From a virus (taxonomy: Duplodnaviria; Caudoviricetes): 64,000 nucleotides of DNA. Below are positions 18,495 through 27,096 of the stretch, piece by piece (positions within the stretch are counted from its first letter, which is position 1; each line of letters opens with the position of its first letter). The position numbers and the translations under genes were made by a program. The notes beneath the pieces are model-generated. The model did no database searches and was not told the DNA's origin. It saw nothing but the letters and a program-made list of their open reading frames with translations. Where the stretch lies: positions 1,685-65,684 of the IMG/VR virus record IMGVR_UViG_3300036760_000139. One strand, written 5' to 3'.

Positions 18495-18722
18495 AATCCC
18501 TCCTCCATCGCGGCCTCTCGATCTCGGAGAGGACCAATTGCCTCGCTCGGCCGCATACTCTCAGATGCAATGACGTAGAACTCGGTCATGGCGTCACCCG
18601 CACCACCCAACAGCACCACATCAGCAGCACGAATCCCATGAGAATCAGCGGAGCGAGCCAACCGCCACCTTCGGAAATGCCGAGTTCGCTGTTGACCTTG
18701 CGTGCTGCCCATTCCACGTTGG

Positions 18723-19016
18723 TCATGCGTGGCCCCTGTCGAACACGGCTCGTATGTCCACCGGGCCGAGCCTCAGTTCCTCCTCGGACTCGGGACAGGA
18801 GACGGCTTGCAGGGAGCTAATGGCGCTCGTGGCGCGGTCATCGAGGAAAAGGTTGAGCGTTAGAACCTGGCCGTCCCTGGCTTCAACGAACATCTTCATG
18901 ATCGAGTAGGGCGGGCAAACAAAGCCCTTCCCGTCAAGGGTTGCCCCGCGAGGCATGGGGTTGTGCTCGGTGACAAGCTGTACGTTGCGAACGCCGTGAA
19001 CCGTGATGTCTGACAT
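18723..19016 (-). CDS. Hypothetical early protein
   Basis: SD AAGGAG. Confidence 0.55.
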   Translation of the reverse strand: MSDITVHGVRNVQLVTEHNPMPRGATLDGKGFVCPPYSIMKMFVEARDGQVLTLNLFLDDRATSAISSLQAVSCPESEEELRLGPVDIRAVFDRGHA

Positions 19017-19030
19017 GGCCTCTCCTTTCG

Positions 19031-19276
19031 TTACGCAGCCTTGCGGCGGCTCAGGCCGAGGAAGCCGGCGAGCTTGGCCATCACCCGCGAGATCATCGGC
19101 TTGAACGGTAGCGGCTCGGCCTGTTTGGCCGGGTGCTGCTCGTACGTCCGTGGGCCGCGGGAACTCCGGCTCCGGCCCCTGGTCCCGGGTGTGGATGCGG
19201 CACGGCGCGTCGCCGGCCGGTGCTCGAGCAGCCACTTTCCTTTTCGGCCTAATCCCTGCTTGATGGGCACGAGCAT
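19031..19276 (-). CDS. Basic hypothetical early protein
   Basis: Tightly packed in the operon. Confidence 0.5.
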   Translation of the reverse strand: MLVPIKQGLGRKGKWLLEHRPATRRAASTPGTRGRSRSSRGPRTYEQHPAKQAEPLPFKPMISRVMAKLAGFLGLSRRKAA

Positions 19277-19277
19277 C

Positions 19278-19604
19278 TCAGTAGTCCTCCGGGTCCTGAA
19301 GCGGGGGGATCTCGCCGATGGCCTTGGTTATGAAGTCGCGCGCCGCCTGCACCCAGCTCGGTTCTATGGCGTCGAAATGCCGGGGGTAACGGTGCCACCA
19401 GATCAGTGCGTTTTTCGCGACGGAAAGGCCGTCTGGCGCTGCGGCGATGAGGTAGGCGTCTGCCTGGTAGAAATCACCTCGTCCGAAGGGTGTTTCTGGT
19501 CCTATCACTTCCCACTGAAGAAATTCTTCCTTGGACCATTCACCGCCCTTGTAAGAAGCAGAGCGGCAGTCTGCTGTCCACGGTCCAGGTGTGTGTTTAT
19601 CCAT
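19278..19604 (-). CDS. Phage HTPGPW-type early protein
   Basis: KHTPGPW...ADAYLIAAAPD. Confidence 0.75.
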   Translation of the reverse strand: MDKHTPGPWTADCRSASYKGGEWSKEEFLQWEVIGPETPFGRGDFYQADAYLIAAAPDGLSVAKNALIWWHRYPRHFDAIEPSWVQAARDFITKAIGEIPPLQDPEDY

Positions 19605-19605
19605 G

Positions 19606-20004
19606 TTAGAAATCCTCCGGCAATCCGATTGTCAGGACTGGCTCAGGGGTGTCGCCCGGCCCGCAGTGCAGCCAAAGCGTGACCAGCCACTTGCGCGTGC
19701 CATTGGTCGGCAGCCTGAGCTGGTAGGGCACAAGGTCGGTGCCCATGGGGGCGTCGTGGGCGGCGCATCTCGCCATCCACACCACGTCCCACAGTCGCCC
19801 CTTGACATCCTGGCAACTGCCACGCAGACCCGCCGGGATGTCCTCGATCATCGCCCAAACGGCAGCCGTTACCACCGTGGGCCACTTGAGTCCCGCCTCG
19901 CGGGCGACCTCACTCACGTCAATGAGCTGGCCGTCCTCGATGGCCTGGACCCGGGTGTATGAGCTGATGATTTCACCAAAGATGTCGTCGATGAGCGTGT
20001 CCAT
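19606..20004 (-). CDS. DUF6573-like protein
   Basis: YTRVQAIEDGQLIDVS, QDVKGRLWDV, GPGD..EPVLTI.LPED. Confidence 0.7.
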   Translation of the reverse strand: MDTLIDDIFGEIISSYTRVQAIEDGQLIDVSEVAREAGLKWPTVVTAAVWAMIEDIPAGLRGSCQDVKGRLWDVVWMARCAAHDAPMGTDLVPYQLRLPTNGTRKWLVTLWLHCGPGDTPEPVLTIGLPEDF

Positions 20005-20005
20005 C

Positions 20006-20191
20006 TCACTCCTCCTCGCCGCACCAGCGGCGCGCTTCTTGGGTGGCCTCAACCTCGGTGTGTCCGAAGTGTTCCGACCCGTCGGAGCAGACAGCGATCC
20101 AGTCATTGCAACCCTGCTCGATCTGCTCATCTAGAGGCAGGTTTGGTGTGTAGGTGTTGGGGGCTTCGTAGACCTCAACGATGTGCGGCAT
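20006..20191 (-). CDS. Hypothetical early protein
   Basis: SD GAGGAGGAG. Confidence 0.6.
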   Translation of the reverse strand: MPHIVEVYEAPNTYTPNLPLDEQIEQGCNDWIAVCSDGSEHFGHTEVEATQEARRWCGEEE

Positions 20192-20192
20192 C

Positions 20193-20408
20193 TCACTCCT
20201 CCTCTCGGTCGGCACATGAGTTGCACTGGTAGCCACGGTGGACATCTTCGGGGGTGAGCCGGTTCTCGCCGCCGCACGTCGGGCACGGACGGTTGCGAGG
20301 GTTGCGCCTTGAGGCTGCCCGTAGCGCGGAGCGGCCACCTGGGTCAGCGAACTGCGGGCCGCCGTCGTACTCACCGTGGTATTCCTCTTCCCTGTAGGAC
20401 CTGGCCAT
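20193..20408 (-). CDS. Small zinc-finger early protein
   Basis: FADPGGRSALRA, CPTC...CNSCAD; first gene after a strong promoter. Confidence 0.65.
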   Translation of the reverse strand: MARSYREEEYHGEYDGGPQFADPGGRSALRAASRRNPRNRPCPTCGGENRLTPEDVHRGYQCNSCADREEE

Positions 20409-20431
20409 GGTGTCCCTCCCTCTCACCACTC

Positions 20432-20460
20432 AATATAAGTCCTGGTACACACTTTGTCAA
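20432..20460 (-). promoter_or_regulatory. Strong sigma70 promoter of the inverted early operon
   Basis: TTGACA-17-TATATT on the minus strand. Confidence 0.85.
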
Positions 20461-20563
20461 GGGGGCCAGAGATCGAGGGTACCACGGAGGCCATGTTACC
20501 CCCCTGGGCCGATGCGTTGCCCCCTTTCTGACCGGTTCAGAGGCGGACACCACGGATCGCTAA

Positions 20564-20615
20564 CACACGACATCTAGTGTGGCGTACAAAATCGGGGGGG
20601 GTGATGTGGTAAGAT
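20564..20615 (+). promoter_or_regulatory. Candidate late promoter: CACAC-N8-GTGTG palindrome plus extended -10 TGGTAAGAT
   Basis: Third copy of the palindrome, directly upstream of the packaging/structural operon. Confidence 0.6.
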
Positions 20616-20661
20616 GGGTATGTGGACTAGAGGCAGTGGACTTTAACCCGGGGAGGGGATA

Positions 20662-20946
20662 GTGCCAGTGACTATCACCTTCGCGGCCTCGATCAGCGAT
20701 AGAAAGACAGCAATCCAACGCTCTGGCCTGCTCGAGGGCGGGGGGGCCGTGACGTTCGACCTGCCCGAGACCGAACTCGGCGCACTGGCCGCACTCCTGC
20801 CACTCGCCCGGGTCCCACTGCGGATCACAGTCGAAGTAGACACCGAGACGGCCATCATCCCGCAGCAGGAGGAGCCAGCAGACACCGGCGAGGAGCCGAG
20901 ACCAACATGGGCAGGGCAACGAAAGGCGCACAAGAGGCGGGATTAA
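20662..20946 (+). CDS. Hypothetical protein
   Basis: SD GGAGGGG; precedes TerS. Confidence 0.55.
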   Translation: MPVTITFAASISDRKTAIQRSGLLEGGGAVTFDLPETELGALAALLPLARVPLRITVEVDTETAIIPQQEEPADTGEEPRPTWAGQRKAHKRRD

Positions 20947-21485
20947 GCAATGACCGCCAGGAAATGTTCTGTCATGCGTATCTTGCCAATGGGCTGAATG
21001 CGAAGGCCGCTTGTATTGCAGTTGGTTACAGCGCCAAGGGCGCAGAGGTGCAGGCGGCAAGACTGTTAGGCAGTGCTAGGGTGCAGGCTCGCATAGCTCA
21101 GTTGCAGGCGCCCATCATCGAAAAGCTGGAGATCAGCACCGAACGTGTCCTCGACGAGGTCGCGGCTTGCGCCTTTGGTCGCGCTGACCGCATCTTCAAG
21201 TGGGGACCCGGCGGCGTGCTGATCGTAGACATGGACCAGGTGCCAGAGGACCAGAGGGCTGCGGTCGCCGAGGTTTCGCAGACGTTCAGCGAGAGTAGCA
21301 GCACTGTGCGCCTAAAGATGCACGACAAACTCTCGGCCCTCAGACTCTTGGGCCAATACCTCAAATTGTGGGGCGACAACAAGATTGAACTTACGGTACC
21401 TTGGGCCAAGGAGTTGGCGGCCATGACCGCTGACGAACTCCGGGCCCGGGCAGACGCCTTGCGGGCGGCGCGGGAGAAGGGATGA
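20907..21485 (+). CDS. terS: Terminase small subunit
   Basis: RQEMFCHAYL..GLNAKAACIAVGYS...AARLL; KMHDKLSALRLLGQYL. Confidence 0.9.
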   Translation: MGRATKGAQEAGLSNDRQEMFCHAYLANGLNAKAACIAVGYSAKGAEVQAARLLGSARVQARIAQLQAPIIEKLEISTERVLDEVAACAFGRADRIFKWGPGGVLIVDMDQVPEDQRAAVAEVSQTFSESSSTVRLKMHDKLSALRLLGQYLKLWGDNKIELTVPWAKELAAMTADELRARADALRAAREKG

Positions 21486-21676
21486 GGCGCGTGTCGGCAG
21501 CGTTGCGCCAGGCTCAGGCTCGGCAGATGAAACTCGAGCAGTGGAGCATCGTGGACGCGGGCCGTCGGCAGCGGCTCCAGGACGCCCTGTGGGAGTTGGT
21601 GTGGGCCGTGGAATCGGGCATCCAGGGCAGAGTCGAATCAGCAATGACCGCCGCCCGCGTGCGGCTCGAGGAGTGA
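21482..21676 (+). CDS. Hypothetical protein
   Basis: ATGA coupling. Confidence 0.5.
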   Translation: MRRVSAALRQAQARQMKLEQWSIVDAGRRQRLQDALWELVWAVESGIQGRVESAMTAARVRLEE

Positions 21677-21678
21677 AC

Positions 21679-21864
21679 ATGACCCTCCGCCGTGGTTTCG
21701 AGGTCACGGGTGGCTGTGCCGTGATCGCTGGCGCCGCACTCTTCTTCTACACGATACAGGACGCGCTACTCCGGCTGGCGCGCGCCACTCACCCGGAGCA
21801 CTTTGACGCCGGCCTGGTGCTGGCCTTCGTCGGGGCGTTGCTCCTGTACCTCGGGAGGGAATAG
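21679..21864 (+). CDS. Small two-TM membrane protein
   Basis: Two hydrophobic helices. Confidence 0.55.
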   Translation: MTLRRGFEVTGGCAVIAGAALFFYTIQDALLRLARATHPEHFDAGLVLAFVGALLLYLGRE

Positions 21865-22151
21865 TGAGAGACCAAGGGTGTCGGCAGTGCCAGCAACTCA
21901 CGTGCGGCGATTGCGGGATGCACGACGGCTACTACCTGGATGGCGTCTATCACTGGGCGGATATCGGAAATGCCCAGTTCACGACCAACCAACGTCCATT
22001 CGCATGTCCCGTTTGCAACGGTGGCGGCACGGTCTCGCGTCCGCCTTTCGTAGCTGGTGATTGTCCGCAGTGGGTGCAAGGTGGTGGACCATACGTATAC
22101 CCATGCGAGGCTTGCAATGGCTCCGGGATTGTGTGGGGTCCTCTGCGGTGA
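21864..22151 (+). CDS. Cys-rich protein with DnaJ-type CxxCxGxG motifs
   Basis: CPVCNGGG, CEACNGSG. Confidence 0.6.
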   Translation: MRDQGCRQCQQLTCGDCGMHDGYYLDGVYHWADIGNAQFTTNQRPFACPVCNGGGTVSRPPFVAGDCPQWVQGGGPYVYPCEACNGSGIVWGPLR

Positions 22152-22831
22152 GCCGTGACCACGAGTTGCAGCGGTACTTGACCGAACTGGCCATCGACGA
22201 GCAGCGGTACAAGGCAGACTGCTGGACGTGGCTGGTCGAGCAAGTTGTGACGATCGACGAGGCGACCAAGTCCGAGCGCCGGTGGCCCGCGCATCTCGAC
22301 TACCTGCACGACTTCGTTGACGTGCTCAGCGACCCGGACGAGCATTACATCGCCGTCCCCAAGAGTCGCCGGATGATGGTCTCCTGGTGCCTGGCCGCCT
22401 GGTGCGCACACCTGGCCCGGTACCACGAGAACGTCCTTGTACTCTGGCAGTCCGAGACCGAGGCCAAGGCCGCCGAGGCCGTAGACCGGCGCATGGTGTT
22501 CATCGAGGACCACCTGATCGAACCCGTTCTCCGGCGACCCTACAAGGGACAGCGGACCAAGGACGGACTGATCGGCCGGCTGACGTACCTGCCTACTGGC
22601 AGTCGGGTGATTGCCGTTGCCCAGGGCGCTGATGTGTTCAGGTTCTACACGCCTAGCGTGGTTGTTCTCGACGAGGCGGACTTCCAGGACGAGGGGCACG
22701 ATGCGCTGGTGGCGGCTATCCCGTTCGGCGAAAAGGGCGGCAAGGTCATCCTCGTTTCCTCGAGTAACGGCCCCGGGCGGCCAGTGGCAACGATCTGCAA
22801 GGGCGTGGGTTTCGTTCGGTATCGATCCTAA
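22148..22831 (+). CDS. terL: Terminase large subunit, ATPase domain only
   Basis: Walker A variant PKSRRMMVS, Walker B VVVLDEAD, coupling motif VSSSNG, then a stop. Confidence 0.85.
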   Translation: MSRDHELQRYLTELAIDEQRYKADCWTWLVEQVVTIDEATKSERRWPAHLDYLHDFVDVLSDPDEHYIAVPKSRRMMVSWCLAAWCAHLARYHENVLVLWQSETEAKAAEAVDRRMVFIEDHLIEPVLRRPYKGQRTKDGLIGRLTYLPTGSRVIAVAQGADVFRFYTPSVVVLDEADFQDEGHDALVAAIPFGEKGGKVILVSSSNGPGRPVATICKGVGFVRYRS

Positions 22832-22844
22832 CATTGGAGAAATT

Positions 22845-23135
22845 ATGCGAGTAAGTGACAAACAGATCGAGAAGATGGCTCAATCAGGGGCAGATGACAT
22901 GCTCGAATTGATAGCACAAGAATGCAGGGACGCTCGTTACGAACTGAAAATCTCTATGAATGAACACAAAAAGACCATCACTGAATTAAAACACGCCGAG
23001 GCACTGACTGAGAAAAAAGAGGCAGAACTGACCGCGTTGCGTGCGTATATCGCTACGCATAACGCGCCTGTCCATGACCCGCTGAGACAGTATCGGGTAC
23101 ATCGAGGGCCGTGCGGCGAAGATGGTTGTCACTAA
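22845..23135 (+). CDS. Coiled-coil hypothetical protein (AT-richer than surroundings)
   Basis: SD GGAG; A-rich codons. Confidence 0.55.
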   Translation: MRVSDKQIEKMAQSGADDMLELIAQECRDARYELKISMNEHKKTITELKHAEALTEKKEAELTALRAYIATHNAPVHDPLRQYRVHRGPCGEDGCH

Positions 23136-23206
23136 GTAAGCGGGCGTCGTGCGGTCGGCATCGCGTTCCGACCAGCCGGATGATCCGGTCGGCGCCCTGA
23201 TTTTGT

Positions 23207-23277
23207 CGCGGGGTCTCTGGTGAGGAGCGCGGGCCCATAACCCGGGCAGGAGAGTTCAACTCTCTCCCCCGCAACCA
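23207..23277 (+). tRNA. Atypical initiator-like tRNA-Met (CAT) with a reduced D arm
   Basis: CGCGGGG/CCCCGCA with C1xA72, GGG-CCCATAA-CCC, GAGAG-TTCAACT-CTCTC, ACCA end. Confidence 0.75.
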
Positions 23278-23347
23278 CCTTGAGGCTCGCGCCTGCATTG
23301 TATTTCACGCGGATGGTTTCAGCGGCCATCCAGGAGAAATAAACGTG

Positions 23348-23725
23348 GATCTGAACCCTCGCTCGTCGGGGCAGTAGGATCCCTCCGAGCCCCACAGAGC
23401 TGGTGCTGATTCATGCCGGCCAGGGGCTCCCTTGCCCGGAGGTGTCAGGGTTTAATGAAGACACCTGGCGCGTCACCTGCGCCAATGCGTGTCCGGAACA
23501 CGCGGGAGTCGGATTGGCTATAGAGCTCAAGCCGACGACAGTGGTGAGCTAGGCGGGAGGCAGTCCCGCCAATCTTGCTACGCAATGCCGCGCAAAACAG
23601 GATTGCGCAGGATGAATGACACGTCGCCGCCCTCTGACGAGCGGGTGGATAGGGTAAAGCCCAAGGTCTAGACCAAGGATGACGGCCCCCAGGTGGATCT
23701 AAAGGCCACCCGGCGACTCCAGATC
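23348..23725 (+). ncRNA. Candidate large structured non-coding RNA
   Basis: No credible ORF; many nested helices, closed by GATCTG/CAGATC; abuts tRNA-Trp. Confidence 0.6.
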
Positions 23726-23801
23726 GCGCTGATAGCTCAATTGGTAGAGTCCCGGTCTCCAAAACCGGTGGCTGGGGGTTCGAGTCCCTCTCGGCGCGCC
23801 A
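23726..23801 (+). tRNA. tRNA-Trp (CCA)
   Basis: GCGCTGA/TCGGCGC, CCGGT-CTCCAAA-ACCGG, TTCGAGT, CCA. Confidence 0.93.
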
Positions 23802-23906
23802 ATCGTATACGCCCGCCTGACGCGCAGGGCGTACAACTGGTCCAGGGTGACACCTAGAGGCGGCCGACTACCCATCGCCTGTCTCAGAGGCAAGGAGAGG
23901 CACGCA

Positions 23907-24125
23907 ATGGCAAGGACGAAGAAGAAAGCGCGCCCGGTCAACCCCCGCTTCCTCCGGGACCTGACCTGTGACCGCGTAATCGTCGGCCGCAACCCTCGGG
24001 TGTGCGAGACGTGCCTTGGGGCCAGTGTTTTGTTCAACATACCCGGCAAGATATACGACTGTCCGGCGTGCTTCGGGATGGCGATTGAGTGGAACGGCAG
24101 TCTGGATGGAGGCGATGGGCAGTAA
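23907..24125 (+). CDS. Small zinc-finger protein
   Basis: CETCLG...CPACFG; SD AAGGAG. Confidence 0.55.
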   Translation: MARTKKKARPVNPRFLRDLTCDRVIVGRNPRVCETCLGASVLFNIPGKIYDCPACFGMAIEWNGSLDGGDGQ

Positions 24126-24278
24126 CCAGAATGTGAAGGCCAAGCGTAACAAGCGTGGCGCGACCGGCCTGAAGAAGGTCAGGCATCACAAGGGCAACCC
24201 GCCCGGCAGAATTGGGGACGGCTCGGCAAAGTTCCCAGCACGGCAACCACAGGGCGCGAAACAGAAGAGGGGGCAGCC

Positions 24279-25184
24279 ATGAAGTCCTTCACCGAGATCC
24301 TGGCCGCTGTCTACGACCCGGGGTTCTGGCAGGTCATTGACGAGTGGGGCGATTACTGCATCTTCTGTGGGGCGTCCGATGGCAGGGACCAGTTCGAGCG
24401 GGGTGAGATCCACCACTACGGCTCCTGCCTGTTGCGCGAGATACGGGTTCACCTGATGCAGCAGGTTGCCATGCCCCGCCGGTTCAGGGAGGCAGCCATC
24501 GAGCAACTCGCGGCGTTTCAGGCGATCAAGGCCGAGAGGGCCGAGGCCGACCCGTCGTACCCGGACTACGGGAGTGGCGGACTGTCGCCGACTGCCGCCG
24601 AGGCCGAAGCGATGCCAGCGGCAGAAGTAGTGCCCGAGGCGGAGGTCTACCGCACTGCGCGCGCCGAACCCGAGGTGGTGCCTGTAGTCCAACCTGAGCG
24701 TTTGCACAGTTGGCAGTCAATGAAGAACGGCAAGGCCGCGCGCTGCACGAACTGTGGCCTGGTCGCGCTCAATGGCGCTCCGGCCCTCAACGTCGGTGTG
24801 GTCCGATGTCAAGCTCCCCACCATCCAGAACCAAGCCAGTCTGATGTGTGTCCCGGCCGCAACCCAGACTTGCCAGCGCCCGCTGAGGTCAAGGCCGTTC
24901 AGCCAGCGGTCCCCTTGGTCCAGGTCATGTGCCCGCGGTGCCACGCCACCGAGGTCGTTCCGGCAACCGGCGGCGTTCTACCGGACCTGCCGCAGATCAC
25001 ACTAGGCAACGGCCCGTTCATGGTCGTCTCATGGGTACAGCCTGCCCTCGGCAGGCAGACAGGGGTTTACTGCAAGACGTGTTGGTCGGACACCATTGCC
25101 TCGTTCATCACGGCGACTCTCCCGCCCGCCGTCATCTGCCATCCGGCACAGACCAGTGATCCCGGTCCCGGCCAACCGGCCTGA
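24279..25184 (+). CDS. Multi-zinc-finger hypothetical protein
   Basis: CIFC, CTNC, CPRC, CKTC motifs with Pro/Ala/Glu linkers. Confidence 0.6.
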   Translation: MKSFTEILAAVYDPGFWQVIDEWGDYCIFCGASDGRDQFERGEIHHYGSCLLREIRVHLMQQVAMPRRFREAAIEQLAAFQAIKAERAEADPSYPDYGSGGLSPTAAEAEAMPAAEVVPEAEVYRTARAEPEVVPVVQPERLHSWQSMKNGKAARCTNCGLVALNGAPALNVGVVRCQAPHHPEPSQSDVCPGRNPDLPAPAEVKAVQPAVPLVQVMCPRCHATEVVPATGGVLPDLPQITLGNGPFMVVSWVQPALGRQTGVYCKTCWSDTIASFITATLPPAVICHPAQTSDPGPGQPA

Positions 25185-25185
25185 T

Positions 25186-25524
25186 ATGCCAAGAGACATC
25201 AAGAAGAGGCGCGAGAACAACCGGAGGTATCAGGCAAGGCTTCGTAAGGAGAATCCCGAGAGAGAACACGCGAACACACGTAGGCGTTTTCTCATGCGTG
25301 CGTATGGTCTCACCCCCGGAGAGTACGACGCGCTGGTGGTTACTCAAAATGGACGGTGTTCCATCTGTGGGTGTGGAGATGAACGCCTATGTGTTGACCA
25401 TGACCACGTAACCGGAATTGTCCGTGGCCTGCTCTGCCGTAACTGCAATGGCGGTATCGGACTCTTGCAAGATAATCCAGACCTGACCGAGAAGGCAACC
25501 GCCTACCTGCGGGGGGGTGCGTGA
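25186..25524 (+). CDS. Endonuclease VII-type HNH endonuclease
   Basis: YGL...QNGRCSIC...VDHDHVTGIVRGLLCRNCN. Confidence 0.9.
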   Translation: MPRDIKKRRENNRRYQARLRKENPEREHANTRRRFLMRAYGLTPGEYDALVVTQNGRCSICGCGDERLCVDHDHVTGIVRGLLCRNCNGGIGLLQDNPDLTEKATAYLRGGA

Positions 25525-26387
25525 GTGTTTCTTTGCGCGTCTTGCGGCCCATTAAGACTGCTGGCGGGTGGACGGTTTTGCCTATTCATTATTCTCACGA
25601 TCCAGCCAAGACTCGCGAATGGGCAGCCGAGGCCAAGATGACGTATCCCCAAGAGGCGGACTGGGATCGAGAGTTAGAGATTGATTTCGGCGCCCTGAGT
25701 GGCGTGAGAGCTTATCCAAAATTCGCTCGCCCGCTGCACCTTCGCCATGCTGCCGATGTCATCTATAACCCCATGCTCCCACTTTGTTTGTGCATCGACT
25801 TCAATGTCGGGTTCATGAGTTGGCCGGTCGCGCAGATCGTCAACAACGAGCCGGTGGCCATTACCGAGATCACGTTGGAGCCAGCAGACATCCCGAGCAT
25901 GGCCAGGGCTTTCCGCAACAGGTTCCCGGCGCACCCCGCCGAACTCTGGATCTTCGGCGACGCCTCGGGTCACGCGCGCTCAGTCCAGAGCCAGCAGAGC
26001 AACTACGACCTACTGCGCCTGGCGCTTTCCGACTACTCGGCGCCCGTGGTGATGATGGTCCCGGAGGTCAACCCTCCGATCCACACCCGCCTGAACAGCG
26101 TCAACACGAAACTGATGACGCCGGCGGGCAAGCCGGGATGCGTGATCTCGGATGCCTGCCTGAATCTGATTGCGGACTTCGAGGAAGTGCTCCTCGATCC
26201 GAAGGGCCACGGCGTAGTCAAAGTGTCGGACCCCCGGCACCCCTACTTCAAGCGCACCCACAGTTCGGACGGATGGGGGTACTTCTGCGCCAGGGAATGG
26301 CCAGTGGTCGAGGAACTGTTCCGTAGCGAGACCAAACCCGAGAAGATGCCCGAGTTGGTGTACGGGCGCCTCGCGGGAGACCTGTAA
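25521..26387 (+). CDS. terL: Terminase large subunit, RNase H-like nuclease domain
   Basis: HYSHDP, WDRELEIDF, IDFN, GDASG, HSSDGWGY. Confidence 0.82.
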   Translation: MSVSLRVLRPIKTAGGWTVLPIHYSHDPAKTREWAAEAKMTYPQEADWDRELEIDFGALSGVRAYPKFARPLHLRHAADVIYNPMLPLCLCIDFNVGFMSWPVAQIVNNEPVAITEITLEPADIPSMARAFRNRFPAHPAELWIFGDASGHARSVQSQQSNYDLLRLALSDYSAPVVMMVPEVNPPIHTRLNSVNTKLMTPAGKPGCVISDACLNLIADFEEVLLDPKGHGVVKVSDPRHPYFKRTHSSDGWGYFCAREWPVVEELFRSETKPEKMPELVYGRLAGDL

Positions 26388-26396
26388 GGAGACCCG

Positions 26397-27089
26397 ATGA
26401 TCTACTACCCCATTATCCACCAGGATGTCTACGCAATCGGCGGCATCACGTGTGTCGCCAAGGCCAACCTGATTGACGGCGAGACACTCATCATCAGCGA
26501 CGGCACAACTGCCTACGTCTTCGAGTTCGACGTTGCTGGAGACGGGGTTGCTGGCACGAATGTACAGGTCAACGTCTCGACCGACACCTCGGCAATCCAG
26601 GTTGCGGCGCGCCTGAACACGGCCATCAACGGTACGGCAATCGGTGTCACCTCAACCGCCGTCGGTGACGGAACGCTCGCCCTGGCGAACGACGCCTACG
26701 GTGAGGCGGCCAACGTCGCGATCACCGACACCGTGTTCGACCCCAACTTCGCGCACACCGGAATGGCGGGTGGCGATGCCGGACTCGGCAAGCAGTCGGA
26801 TGTCGTCGAACTTGGCTTCGAGGCGCCCATCACCATCTACATGCCAGCTGCGTGGACGGCTGCCGACATCTCGTTCCTCGCCAGTTTCGACGGTATCACG
26901 TACGGCACACTGAAGTACGAGGGCGCCGAGGTTCACCACACGGCAGTTGCCGGTGACTGTCTCGTACTCGACCACTTCAGGTTCAAGGCCGTCCGCTATC
27001 TCAAACTTCGGTCGGGGGTGGCAACAACCGAGGTCGAGCAGGCGGCCACGCGCACCTTCACCCTTGTCTCCAGTCCCGTTGCCTGGTAG
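26397..27089 (+). CDS. Virion structural protein
   Basis: Thr/Ala/Gly-rich beta-type sequence between terminase and portal. Confidence 0.55.
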   Translation: MIYYPIIHQDVYAIGGITCVAKANLIDGETLIISDGTTAYVFEFDVAGDGVAGTNVQVNVSTDTSAIQVAARLNTAINGTAIGVTSTAVGDGTLALANDAYGEAANVAITDTVFDPNFAHTGMAGGDAGLGKQSDVVELGFEAPITIYMPAAWTAADISFLASFDGITYGTLKYEGAEVHHTAVAGDCLVLDHFRFKAVRYLKLRSGVATTEVEQAATRTFTLVSSPVAW

Positions 27090-27096
27090 TTGACCC

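Noticed and set aside
23348-23725. tmRNA or RNase P RNA
   Set aside because: No tRNA-like ends with a tag ORF, and no GAGGAAAGTCC-type signature seen
22832-25520. Group I/II intron or split intein in terL
   Set aside because: No recognisable catalytic core or intein terminal residues; the interval holds tRNAs and several independent ORFs
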